From positions 2,120 to 66,119 of the forward strand of contig REBR01000267.1 of NCBI GenBank assembly GCA_007692645.1: 64,000 bases of DNA, in the 5' to 3' direction. This stretch comes from Halomonadaceae bacterium (lineage in GTDB: Bacteria > Pseudomonadota > Gammaproteobacteria > Pseudomonadales > Oleiphilaceae). Below the pieces are notes generated by a model that was given only the letters and a program-made list of their open reading frames with translations, ran no database searches and was not told the DNA's origin. This document shows, piece after piece, positions 19,664 through 29,036 of the stretch (position 1 is the first letter of the stretch; the number at the start of each line of letters is the position of its first letter). Both the position numbers and the translations under genes were made by a program.

Positions 19664-22237
19664 TCAGGCGTTTACAGCAGTATCGGCCTTGGACTGGTAC
19701 TGATCCATCTTGTCGAAGTTGAGGTAGCGGTACACCTCGCCGGACATGCCATCCAGGTTCTTGGCATATTCCATGTACTCATCCACGGTGGGGATCTTAC
19801 CGAGAATGGCACCTACTGCAGATAGCTCAGCAGAGGCCAGGTACACGTTAGCGCCGTCACCCAGACGGTTGGGGAAGTTCCGGGTGGAGGTGGACATTAC
19901 CGTGGACTTGGCTTCCACCCGTGCCTGGTTGCCCATGCACAGTGAGCAGCCTGGGATCTCGGTGCGCACATTGTTGTTGCTGAAGGTCTGGTAGTAGCCT
20001 TCTTCCATCAACTGGGCCTGGTCCATCTTGGTGGGTGGAGCTATCCACAGACGGGTCTTCAGGGCTTCGGTATTCTGCTCCAGCAGTTTACCGGCGGCCC
20101 GGAAGTGGCCGATGTTGGTCATGCAGGAGCCGATGAAGACTTCATCGATCTGCTGGCCAGCCACCTCAGACAGGGTGCGGGCATCGTCAGGATCGTTAGG
20201 GGCGCACAGAATGGGCTCCTTGATCTCGTCCATGTCGATCTCGATCACGGTCTGGTATTCCGCATCCTTATCCGCACGCATCAGGCTGGGGTTGGCCAGC
20301 CACTCTTCCATGGCCTTGGCACGACGCTGCAGGGTACGCACATCGCCGTAACCTTCAGCAATCATCCAGCGCAACATGGTGATGTTGGAGCGCAGGTACT
20401 CGGCCACAGACTCTTCAGACAGGGTGATGGTGCAACCGGCAGCGGAACGCTCGGCAGAGGCATCGGACAGCTCAAAGGCCTGCTCGACGGTCAGCTCTTC
20501 CAGACCTTCAATTTCCAGGATACGGCCGGAGAAGACGTTCTTCTTGCCGGATTTCTCCACGGTCAGGTGGCCCTGCTTGATGGCGTACAGGGGGATAGCA
20601 TGCACCATGTCCCGCAGGGTAACACCGGGCTGGCGCTTGCCTTTAAAGCGCACACAAACCGACTCAGGCATATCCAGCGGCATCACGCCGGTGGCGGCGG
20701 CAAAGGCCACCAGACCGGAGCCCGCAGGGAAAGAGATGCCCATGGGGAAACGGGTATGGGAGTCACCACCGGTACCGACGGTATCCGGCAGCAGCATACG
20801 GTTCAGCCAGCTGTGAATAACACCGTCACCGGGGCGCAGTGAAACGCCGCCACGGTTCATGATGAAGTCCGGCATGGTGTGCTGCATTTCCACGTCGATG
20901 GGCTTGGGGTATGCCGCGGTGTGGCAGAAAGACTGCATTACCAGATCCGTGGAGAAGCCCAGGCAAGCCAGATCTTTCAGCTCATCACGGGTCATGGGGC
21001 CGGTGGTGTCCTGGGAGCCCACGGTGGTCATGCGCGGCTCGCAGTACTGACCGGGGCGCACACCGTCCAGACCACAGGCCTTGCCCACCATCTTCTGGGC
21101 CAGGGTGAAGCCTTTGTTGCTGGCTTCCACCACACCCGGGCGGCGGAATACGGTAGTGGGTTCCATACCCAGGGCTTCACGGGCCTTATCGGTCAGGCCA
21201 CGACCAATGATCATGGGGATCCGGCCGCCGGCACGGACTTCGTCCAGCAGCACGTTGCTTTTCATTTCAAAGGTGCTGATCAGCTCGCCACTGTTGTGGT
21301 CGCGGATCTCGCCCTTGAAGGGGTAAACGTCGATCACGTCGCCCATGTTCAGTTTGCTGACATCAGTTTCAAAGGGCAGGGAGCCGGCATCTTCCATGGT
21401 GTTGAAGAAGATGGGGGCAATCTTGCCGCCGATGCAGACACCACCGGTGCGCTTGTTGGGTACGCCGGGCATGTCCTTGCCGATGTACCAGAGCACGGAG
21501 TTGGTGGCGGATTTCCGTGAAGAACCGGTACCTACCACATCGCCGACGAAAGCCAGGTCATGGCCTTTCTCTTTCAATTCGACGATTTTCTCCAGTGGCT
21601 TGTCGGTCAGGCCTTCACGGGGCATCTTGTACATGGCAAGACCATGGAGGGGGATATCAGGGCGTGACCAGGCATCCGGCGCAGGAGACAGGTCATCGGT
21701 GTTGGTCTCGCCAGGCACCTTGAACACAGTGTAAGTGGACTTCTCGGGCACATCCGGCTTGTTCAGGAACCATTCAGCGTCTGCCCAGGATTTCATGACA
21801 GCTTTGGCGTTGGCATTGCCCGCTTCGGCTTTTTCCTGCACATCGTTGAAGGCATCAAACATCAGCAGCGTGTGCTTGAGTTCTTCTGCTGCCAGCTTGC
21901 CCAGCTCGCCGTCGTTATCCAGCAGGTCGAGCAGGGTATGGATGTTGTAACCACCCTGCATCTTGCCGAGGATGCTCACTGCGTGAGCCTGGTCGATCAA
22001 GGGGCAGGTGATTTCGCCCTTGACGATAGCGTCCATAAAGCCGGCTTTCACATAAGCGGCTTCGTCCACACCGGGGGGAACACGGTTCTCGATCAGATAA
22101 AGCAGGGTTTCCTCTTCACCAGCGGGGGGATTCTTCAGCAGTTCTACCAGTGCAGCAGTCTGCTCAGCGTTCAGGGGCTTGGGAGGAATGCCCTGTGCTT
22201 CACGTTCGGCAACGTGTTCTCTGTAGGCTTCTAGCAC
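19664..22237 (-). CDS. acnB: aconitate hydratase 2 / 2-methylisocitrate dehydratase
   Basis: Collinear with E. coli AcnB from (V)LEAYREHVAEREAQGIPPKPL to the C-terminus. I chose the GTG at 22237, preceded by AGAGGA. The ORF-track start at 22363 adds 42 non-homologous residues. Confidence 0.95.
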   Translation of the reverse strand: MLEAYREHVAEREAQGIPPKPLNAEQTAALVELLKNPPAGEEETLLYLIENRVPPGVDEAAYVKAGFMDAIVKGEITCPLIDQAHAVSILGKMQGGYNIHTLLDLLDNDGELGKLAAEELKHTLLMFDAFNDVQEKAEAGNANAKAVMKSWADAEWFLNKPDVPEKSTYTVFKVPGETNTDDLSPAPDAWSRPDIPLHGLAMYKMPREGLTDKPLEKIVELKEKGHDLAFVGDVVGTGSSRKSATNSVLWYIGKDMPGVPNKRTGGVCIGGKIAPIFFNTMEDAGSLPFETDVSKLNMGDVIDVYPFKGEIRDHNSGELISTFEMKSNVLLDEVRAGGRIPMIIGRGLTDKAREALGMEPTTVFRRPGVVEASNKGFTLAQKMVGKACGLDGVRPGQYCEPRMTTVGSQDTTGPMTRDELKDLACLGFSTDLVMQSFCHTAAYPKPIDVEMQHTMPDFIMNRGGVSLRPGDGVIHSWLNRMLLPDTVGTGGDSHTRFPMGISFPAGSGLVAFAAATGVMPLDMPESVCVRFKGKRQPGVTLRDMVHAIPLYAIKQGHLTVEKSGKKNVFSGRILEIEGLEELTVEQAFELSDASAERSAAGCTITLSEESVAEYLRSNITMLRWMIAEGYGDVRTLQRRAKAMEEWLANPSLMRADKDAEYQTVIEIDMDEIKEPILCAPNDPDDARTLSEVAGQQIDEVFIGSCMTNIGHFRAAGKLLEQNTEALKTRLWIAPPTKMDQAQLMEEGYYQTFSNNNVRTEIPGCSLCMGNQARVEAKSTVMSTSTRNFPNRLGDGANVYLASAELSAVGAILGKIPTVDEYMEYAKNLDGMSGEVYRYLNFDKMDQYQSKADTAVNA

Positions 22238-22430
22238 GATGTGGTCCTCTGTTGTTGGACGCCGGGCTGACTGGGTACAGGCAGTGGCGCGGGAAGTGGC
22301 TTGTGGCCATATTAAAAGACGCGTTATTTTAATGGATTTGGGGGTAAAAGTTAAGTACTGCACCGGTTATGCCTGCGGTTAACGAATCCGCTACAATGCC
22401 CCATCGCCAATAACTCCAGCCAACACTGCA

Positions 22431-23078
22431 ATGAGAGAACCCATGCCGGCCGTTACCCTCGCCACCGAAGTGCCCAAGGATGATATGCAGGCCATTGCCC
22501 AATTCCTGCCCTGTGCCACCCCACAGGCCTGGATCGACGGGGCCCTGGCAAATCAGCCGGTGCTGCTGATCGACCATGCCCACTGCGAAAAGAAAGCGGC
22601 GTCCACCGCCCTGAGTCTGATGTACCGCTATGTGGACAGCCCGGACCTGCTGCACCGCATGTCCCGTCTGGCTCGGGAAGAGTTGCGGCATTTTGAGCAG
22701 GTGCTTGGGTTGATGGAGAAGCGTGATATCACCTACTGCCATATGACCCCCTCACGGTATGCCGGTGCTCTGCGAGAGGCGGCCCGCAAGGAAGAACCGG
22801 GGCGGCTGGTGGACACCCTGGTGATCGGTGCCCTGATTGAGGCCCGCTCCTGTGAGCGGTTTGCCGCCATTGCGCCCCATCTTGATGCAGAGCTTTCCCG
22901 CTTTTACCGCTCCTTGCTCAAATCAGAAGCACGGCATTACCAGGATTACCTGGCTCTGGCAGAAACCGCCGCTGGCGGCTCCGTGGCGGATCGCATTGCC
23001 CATTTCTGCGCCATTGAAAAGGATCTGGTGCAATCTCCCGATGCCGATTTCCGCTTTCACAGTGGTGTTCCTGCCTGA
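22431..23078 (+). CDS. miaE: tRNA-(ms2io6A37) hydroxylase MiaE
   Basis: 215 aa with di-iron ferritin-like motifs (DHAHCEKKAAS, EELRHF, EARSCERF, SEARHY), as in MiaE. Confidence 0.85.
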   Translation: MREPMPAVTLATEVPKDDMQAIAQFLPCATPQAWIDGALANQPVLLIDHAHCEKKAASTALSLMYRYVDSPDLLHRMSRLAREELRHFEQVLGLMEKRDITYCHMTPSRYAGALREAARKEEPGRLVDTLVIGALIEARSCERFAAIAPHLDAELSRFYRSLLKSEARHYQDYLALAETAAGGSVADRIAHFCAIEKDLVQSPDADFRFHSGVPA

Positions 23079-23207
23079 TCAGAACACGAATCACCCGGAC
23101 GGCACACGAGTGCCTGTGACACTGCACGTTTCTTGCTGTGAATTAGGCGAGCACAACCATGGGTAAAGGCGTGCAACAGGCGCTGCCCTGACGTTTGGGA
23201 GAATGCC

Positions 23208-24962
23208 GTGAAAGCACTCTTGCACTGGCTACGAGCACTGCAGTTACCCGGGCTTGCCACCGGCCTGCGTTCCGCCTGGCAGGCAGGCTATGGTCTGGAT
23301 GATCTGCGCCGGGATATTCTCGCCGGCCTGACCGTGGGTGTGGTGGCCGTCCCCCTGGCCATGGCACTGGCTATTGCCACCGGCGTACCTCCTCAGCACG
23401 GGCTCTACACCGCCATTGTCGCCGGTGCCATCATCGCCTTTACCGGCGGCTCCCGCTTTAACGTGTCTGGTCCCACTGCCGCCTTTGTGGTGATCCTGTT
23501 CCCCATCGTCAAGGAATTCGGCCTGGGTGGTCTGATGCTGGCCACCTTTATGGGCGGTGCCATTTTGCTGGTTCTGGGCTTATGCCGCCTGGGAGCCCTG
23601 ATCCGGCTGGTTCCTTATCCGGTGATTCTGGGGTTCACCGCCGGTATCGCCGTGGTGATTGCCACCATGCAGGTGCCGGACTTTCTCGGTCTGGAGACAG
23701 ACGGGCTGAGCGAACATTACGTGGAAAACCTGGGCAGTATTCTCACCGCCCTGGGCAGCATTAATCCTCTCGAGTTAGCAGTGGGGCTTTTTACCCTGGC
23801 GGTGTTGTTGTTATGGCCACGGCTGAAACTGCCGGTGCCGGCACCCCTGGTGGGACTGCTTCTGGGTGGTGTGGTGGCCTGGGTCATCAATCACTGGATG
23901 GGGGCCGGTTTCAGTGTGGATACTATCGCCTCCCGCTTTACCTGGGAGCATCAGGGGCAGAGTGGGGCGGGTATTCCCCCGATACTGCCAGGTTTTGCCA
24001 TGCCCTGGCACTTTCCCGGGCCCGATGGTGAGCCCCTGGTGCTGAATTTCAGCCTGTTCCGTGCCCTGCTGGGGCCAGCCCTGGCTATTGCCATGCTTGG
24101 TGCCATTGAGTCCCTGCTGTGCGCGGTGGTCTCTGACAGCATGACCCGTACCCGCCATGACCCCAATGGCGAGCTGATGGGCCAGGGCCTGGGCAATATG
24201 GTGGTGCCCTTCTTTGGCGGCATTACCGCCACCGCCGCCATTGCCCGCACCGCCACCAATGTGCGCAGCGGCGCCCGCTCCCCGATGGCTGCCCTGGTGC
24301 ACTCACTGGTGGTGCTGCTGTCGGTAACTGTGCTGGCAGGAGCCCTTAGTCTGGTGCCCATGGCAGCCCTGGCGGCCTTGTTGTTTGTGGTGGCCTGGAA
24401 CATGTCTGAGGCCCGGCATTTTGTGCACACCCTGCGCCTGGCCCCGAGAGGGGACATCGCCATCCTGCTGGTGTGTTTTGTGCTCACGGTGTTCTTTGAC
24501 ATGGTGCTGGCGGTGGCAGTAGGCACCGGCCTGGCTTCATTGCTGTTTATGCGCCGCATGGCACAGACCACCCGTTCAGACCGGGTTGAAGGGGAATATG
24601 ACCCGTTGCTGGCAGACCTGCCCCGGGAAGTGGCGCTTTATGATGTGAACGGCCCCCTGTTTTTCGGCGCGGCAGACCGGGCTATTGCCTCACTGCAACA
24701 GGTGGACCCGGCGGTGCGGGTGGTGGTGGTGGATATGCGGGATGTGCCCAGCATCGATGCCACCGCCATCGCCGCCCTGAAGAGTCTGGTGGATGACATG
24801 AGTTACCAGAATATGGGGTTGATTTTCTCCGGTCTGTCCCGGGAAAAAGTGATGAAGCTGCGCCGTTTCGGTCTGGCCAAGGTGCCAGGCCAGCTGGCCT
24901 ATTGCCGGGATCTGCCCCAAGCCATTGGCATGGCTAAGCGCTGGCTGGCAGTGGCCCCTTAG
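23208..24962 (+). CDS. SulP-family anion permease with C-terminal STAS domain
   Basis: 584 aa with a GTG start after GGGAGA. The start reads D...DILAG(L)TVG.V.VP.AMA, the body is polytopic, and a STAS-like tail follows (VVVDMRDVPSIDATAIAAL). Confidence 0.9.
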   Translation: MKALLHWLRALQLPGLATGLRSAWQAGYGLDDLRRDILAGLTVGVVAVPLAMALAIATGVPPQHGLYTAIVAGAIIAFTGGSRFNVSGPTAAFVVILFPIVKEFGLGGLMLATFMGGAILLVLGLCRLGALIRLVPYPVILGFTAGIAVVIATMQVPDFLGLETDGLSEHYVENLGSILTALGSINPLELAVGLFTLAVLLLWPRLKLPVPAPLVGLLLGGVVAWVINHWMGAGFSVDTIASRFTWEHQGQSGAGIPPILPGFAMPWHFPGPDGEPLVLNFSLFRALLGPALAIAMLGAIESLLCAVVSDSMTRTRHDPNGELMGQGLGNMVVPFFGGITATAAIARTATNVRSGARSPMAALVHSLVVLLSVTVLAGALSLVPMAALAALLFVVAWNMSEARHFVHTLRLAPRGDIAILLVCFVLTVFFDMVLAVAVGTGLASLLFMRRMAQTTRSDRVEGEYDPLLADLPREVALYDVNGPLFFGAADRAIASLQQVDPAVRVVVVDMRDVPSIDATAIAALKSLVDDMSYQNMGLIFSGLSREKVMKLRRFGLAKVPGQLAYCRDLPQAIGMAKRWLAVAP

Positions 24963-25139
24963 AGAAGCTACGGAGCGTAGTTTAAGGTCCATATTTTGGC
25001 ATATAACAGGGTATCTGTCGTTGATAGGCTGCAGGGACGCGGACCTTTGATCGTGGAACACTAGCTATGAGGAGCGCCGCAAAGCCATAACAAGATCCGC
25101 GGTGACTCCCTGCAAGACCCAGTGATAAGGAGATCACTT

Positions 25140-27536
25140 ATGAACAGGGACCGTTGCTTACCCCCATTACGTTGCCCGGCAGGGCCACATCATCCCCCCC
25201 GGGGACCGGCGACACCAGGCCGGCCCCAGGGCCCTCTCTACAGCGGATTTATTATCCTGCGCCTGGTGCCTGAATTCGGCGCTGCTGAGGAAAAAAGCCT
25301 GAATGCGTTGGCCCGGCGACACAAGCTGGGTGGCCTGGCAAAGCTGCTCAGCGATGCGGGTCAGCAGCGGGTCCGCCCGTTGATTCGCAGCCTGAGCCGG
25401 AAAAAGCTGCTGGAACTTGAGCGTCGCGCCCGCCGTTCTGCCTTCCCCCCGGGAAACAGCCTGGCCAGCTACTGGCGAATCGACCTACGGGACCGCCCGG
25501 ATGATATCCAGCAATTGCTGGAGCGCCTGCAGCGGCTGCCCCAGGTGGATCTGGCTTACCGGGAACTGAGCGTTTCTGACCCCATGGCGGTGGACGACAG
25601 CGACGACCCCTATGCGGAACAGCAGGACTACCTGGACCCGGCACCGGTGGGAATTGATGCCCGCTGGGCCTGGACCCAGCCCAACGGCACCGGTGCCGGA
25701 GTGGGGGGGGTGGATCTGGAGCAGGGCTGGTTCCTCACCCATGAGGACCTGGTGGCCCATACCCCCACCCTGCTTTACGGGGATAACCGCGATGGTGTAG
25801 GCAACTATGTGGGTAACCATGGGGCTGCAGTGATGGGTCAGATTGCCGGTGAAGACAACACCGTGGGCATTGTCGGTATAGCCCCGCACCTGTCCTACAT
25901 CCATGCCACCTCCCATTACGACGCCGCTACCAATACGGCACTGCATGTGGCGGACGCCCTGGTGGCTTCCTTGCCGACCCTGCCTGTGGGGGATGTGCTG
26001 TTGCTGGAAGTGCAGCGCGGCGGCGGTACCCCCACTGAGATTGATGCTGCGGATTTCGATGCCATTCGTCTGGCCACGGCATTGGGAGTGATCGTGGTGG
26101 AGGCCGCTGGCAACGGAAATAACAACCTGGACACTCTCACGGATGCCTTTGGCACCCAGTTCCTTAACCGTGACAGTGCCGATTTCCGGGATTCCGGGGC
26201 CATTATGGTGGGTGCAGCACTGGCGGCGTTGCCCCACAACCGTGCGGGGTTTTCCAACTTCGGTAGCCGTATTGACTGCTATGGCTGGGGCAATACCGTC
26301 ACCACCTGTGGTTACGGGGATCTGGATGATGGCGGTGGCGATAATGACCGTACCTATACCGCCACCTTTAGCGGCACCAGTAGTGCCTCCCCCATAGTGA
26401 CCGGGGCCGCGATGATCCTGCAGGGCATGTATGCAGCCAATACCGGCACCCGCCTGTCCCCGGGACAGATGCGGGCAATACTGGCGAATCCGGAAACCGG
26501 CACACCCCAGGGTCCTGGGGTGGCAGGGGATATTGGTGTGATGCCGGATCTGCGGGCCATGATTGAGGACACCCTGGGTCTGGTGCCTGATGTGTATCTG
26601 CGGGACAACCTCAGTGACACCGGTGCGGTGCCTTCCACCGGACCCATCAGTGCCAGCCCGGATGTGATACTGCGGCAAAGTCCAGTGGCCAACCCCACTG
26701 CCGCCTTCGGTGAAGGCAGTGGTCATGAAAACAGCAACACCCTGGGGTTTGAGGCACTGGCGGACAGCGACAATTATATTTATGTGCGCCTGCGCAACCG
26801 GGGTGCGGCTGCCGCCAATGGGGTTACCGCCACGGTGCACTGGAGTCCGGTAGCCACTCTGTTAACGCCAGACCTGTGGACCCTGGTGGGTACCTCTGCG
26901 CCGGTGAATGCCCCCACCGGAGATGCTCTGGTAGTGACCGATGCCATTATCTGGCCCGGGGCACAGGTGCCGGCGCCGGGCCACTACTGCCTGGTGGCAC
27001 TGCTTGACCATCCCCAGGACCCGGCACCGCCACTGCCACCGGGGCCGCCAGAATTTGACTGGGATGCGTTCCGGGGTTTTATCCGGGCCCATAACAATGT
27101 GACCTGGCGTAATTTCAATGTGGTAACACCCCCACCAGACCCCAGTCTGCCCCTGGTCCTGCCGTTTCTGATCACCGGCACCCCGGACCGGGCAAGGGTG
27201 TTTGATTTTGAAGTGGTGGCCCGTCTGCCCCAGGGCGCGGTACTGCACCTGGCACTGTCCCGGGCATTGGCAAATCACATGCGGGGAGATGCTCTCTGGC
27301 CCATGGATCAGGACGAAAAGGCCAGACAGGTGATCCTGCGCTTGCCGGCTCTGCAGCGCCTGCCTCTGTGTGGTGTCAGGCTGGGCAAAGGGGCACGCCA
27401 GCCGGCCCGCTTTGTGATACAGGGGGGACGGGGCATTAACCTGGAAGGTGCCAGTGTGACCATCCGGCAGCTGTTTGAGGGGGAAGAAGTTGGGCGGGTA
27501 ACCTGGCAGGTTTCCAGCAGGAGGCAGCCGGACTAG
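25140..27536 (+). CDS. S8 (subtilisin-like) serine peptidase, no signal peptide, large uncharacterised C-terminal region
   Basis: The ATG at 25140 follows AAGGAG. The catalytic triad contexts are GVGGVDLEQGW (Asp), GNHGAAVMGQIAG (His) and GTSSASPIVTGAAMIL (Ser). About 190 aa precede the catalytic domain and about 300 aa follow it. The N-terminus has no hydrophobic leader. Confidence 0.85.
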   Translation: MNRDRCLPPLRCPAGPHHPPRGPATPGRPQGPLYSGFIILRLVPEFGAAEEKSLNALARRHKLGGLAKLLSDAGQQRVRPLIRSLSRKKLLELERRARRSAFPPGNSLASYWRIDLRDRPDDIQQLLERLQRLPQVDLAYRELSVSDPMAVDDSDDPYAEQQDYLDPAPVGIDARWAWTQPNGTGAGVGGVDLEQGWFLTHEDLVAHTPTLLYGDNRDGVGNYVGNHGAAVMGQIAGEDNTVGIVGIAPHLSYIHATSHYDAATNTALHVADALVASLPTLPVGDVLLLEVQRGGGTPTEIDAADFDAIRLATALGVIVVEAAGNGNNNLDTLTDAFGTQFLNRDSADFRDSGAIMVGAALAALPHNRAGFSNFGSRIDCYGWGNTVTTCGYGDLDDGGGDNDRTYTATFSGTSSASPIVTGAAMILQGMYAANTGTRLSPGQMRAILANPETGTPQGPGVAGDIGVMPDLRAMIEDTLGLVPDVYLRDNLSDTGAVPSTGPISASPDVILRQSPVANPTAAFGEGSGHENSNTLGFEALADSDNYIYVRLRNRGAAAANGVTATVHWSPVATLLTPDLWTLVGTSAPVNAPTGDALVVTDAIIWPGAQVPAPGHYCLVALLDHPQDPAPPLPPGPPEFDWDAFRGFIRAHNNVTWRNFNVVTPPPDPSLPLVLPFLITGTPDRARVFDFEVVARLPQGAVLHLALSRALANHMRGDALWPMDQDEKARQVILRLPALQRLPLCGVRLGKGARQPARFVIQGGRGINLEGASVTIRQLFEGEEVGRVTWQVSSRRQPD

Positions 27537-27595
27537 TCTCACCCCCATGCCTTAGAGCACCTCACACCGGCTAATGAAGTTGCTGTTCGTGGGGG

Positions 27596-28795
27596 CTAAT
27601 CATCCACTGTAATAACAGACCCTGATATTGGCTGAATACCAGTAACAGGGTCTGACTTTTCTGTATCTGAAGACGGGGATAAAGGCACCAGGTCGCTGCC
27701 ATCCCAGCGCCGGGTTTCGCCAAACACCATGGTAATAAAGTGGTGGTCCGGGACCCCGTGTTTTTCCCGGGCTTTTGCCAGGTCTTTAGGGGGCTGGTCC
27801 AGGGGTTCATCCGCCAGTCGGAAGGTGCCCCAGTGGATGCCTACCGCCCGGTCAGCACGAATTTCCTGCTGGGTTATCACGGCCTCATGGGGGTCAATGT
27901 GCTGAGGGCTCATAAACCAGCGGGGTTGGTAGTCACCGATGGCGATAGCCGCCAAATCGAAAGGCCCCAGCCGTTCACCAATGTCAGGAATGTCCTGGGA
28001 ATAGCCCAGATCCCCGGAAAACCAGAAACGAAAATCGTCACTGACCAGGGCCCACCCACCCCAGAGCGTCTGGTTGCGATCGAACGGAGTTCGCTGACTC
28101 CAGTGTTGTACCGGGGTCAGAATAAACCGCACTTCCCCCAGTAACGCTTCCTGCCACCAGTCCAGCCCTTCTACTCGGGCCTCATCACACTCCGGGACTG
28201 CCTGGCGCACCCAGTCATCCAGCTTCAGGGGCATCATCAGTACCGGCGGTCCGCCGGGTTGCTCGCAGAGTTGGCGAATACTGGGCCGGTCCAGGTGGTC
28301 GTAATGGGAGTGAGAGACGACGACTGCGTGAATATGAGGTAGCTGCTGGGTTGTCAGCCCTGGTGGCTGATGCCGTTTGGGGCCGGCAAAGCCCAGGGGG
28401 GAGGCCCGATCGGAAAACACCGGGTCAGCCAGAATGTTCAGTCCGTTCATCTGCAGCAGTACAGAGGCATGACCGATAAAAGTCAGGCTGACCTCACTGT
28501 GGTTACTGGCCAGGTAGTCCACGGCGGGATCAGTTACCGGATCTGGCAGATCTTCGGGCTCGGAGCGGTCCATATGCACCAGTCTCTGGCGGCGCCATTC
28601 CAGAAAATCCAGCAGGGAAGGGTCAATAAAGCTGTAGTTGTTGCGAAAGCCGCCGTCTTTATGATGATCAGGGCGGGGCTGTTCGTTATCTGGGTTTGTG
28701 GCGCAAGCGAAAAGGCTAAATGATAATGCTATCAATAGCATATGGAGTGAAGCTAAGGTTTTAGATAGGAAGAGATGGGGGGGGCGACAGTGCAT
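27596..28795 (-). CDS. MBL-fold metallo-hydrolase lipoprotein
   Basis: 399 aa. The ATG at 28795 is preceded by AGAGGA. It has a lipobox (LFAC) and the metal motif VVSHSHYDHLD. A C8 tract sits at codons 4-7. Confidence 0.8.
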   Translation of the reverse strand: MHCRPPHLFLSKTLASLHMLLIALSFSLFACATNPDNEQPRPDHHKDGGFRNNYSFIDPSLLDFLEWRRQRLVHMDRSEPEDLPDPVTDPAVDYLASNHSEVSLTFIGHASVLLQMNGLNILADPVFSDRASPLGFAGPKRHQPPGLTTQQLPHIHAVVVSHSHYDHLDRPSIRQLCEQPGGPPVLMMPLKLDDWVRQAVPECDEARVEGLDWWQEALLGEVRFILTPVQHWSQRTPFDRNQTLWGGWALVSDDFRFWFSGDLGYSQDIPDIGERLGPFDLAAIAIGDYQPRWFMSPQHIDPHEAVITQQEIRADRAVGIHWGTFRLADEPLDQPPKDLAKAREKHGVPDHHFITMVFGETRRWDGSDLVPLSPSSDTEKSDPVTGIQPISGSVITVDD

Positions 28796-29036
28796 CTTTT
28801 TCCTCTGTGCCGAGTGCGCGACTCTTTATACTAATGGCTTATCCTGTTCTTTCCCATGATTTTTTGGGGAACTGCTACACCTGGGTTCCGCTGTTCTTCT
28901 AGCTATTTAACAACGGCAGTATTTTTGGGTCGGGGACAATGTGGGCTGACGGCGAAGGTGTAAACACAGGTACTGGCCAGGATTTCTATCAGGCATTGGG
29001 GTATTATTGCCTACTTACAGTAGGGGGAATCTTTAA

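Noticed and set aside
22238-22363. Extra 42 N-terminal residues of the acnB ORF.
   Set aside because: Homology to AcnB begins exactly at the GTG at 22237, which has an AGAGGA RBS. The extension has no counterpart in known AcnB.
23159-23191. 10-codon upstream ORF (MGKGVQQALP) ahead of the SulP gene, as a leader peptide.
   Set aside because: There is no RBS, no associated attenuator structure and no regulatory codon bias. It is probably fortuitous.
25485-26840. 451-aa ORF antisense to the S8 peptidase.
   Set aside because: Same reasoning: the sense strand carries intact catalytic motifs, and the antisense translation is Gly/His/Pro-rich noise.
25140-27536. The S8 protease as part of an ATPase + subtilase (Iet-like) anti-phage pair.
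   Set aside because: No AAA/ATPase gene or any other plausible partner is adjacent on either side. A single protease gene is not enough to call a defence system.
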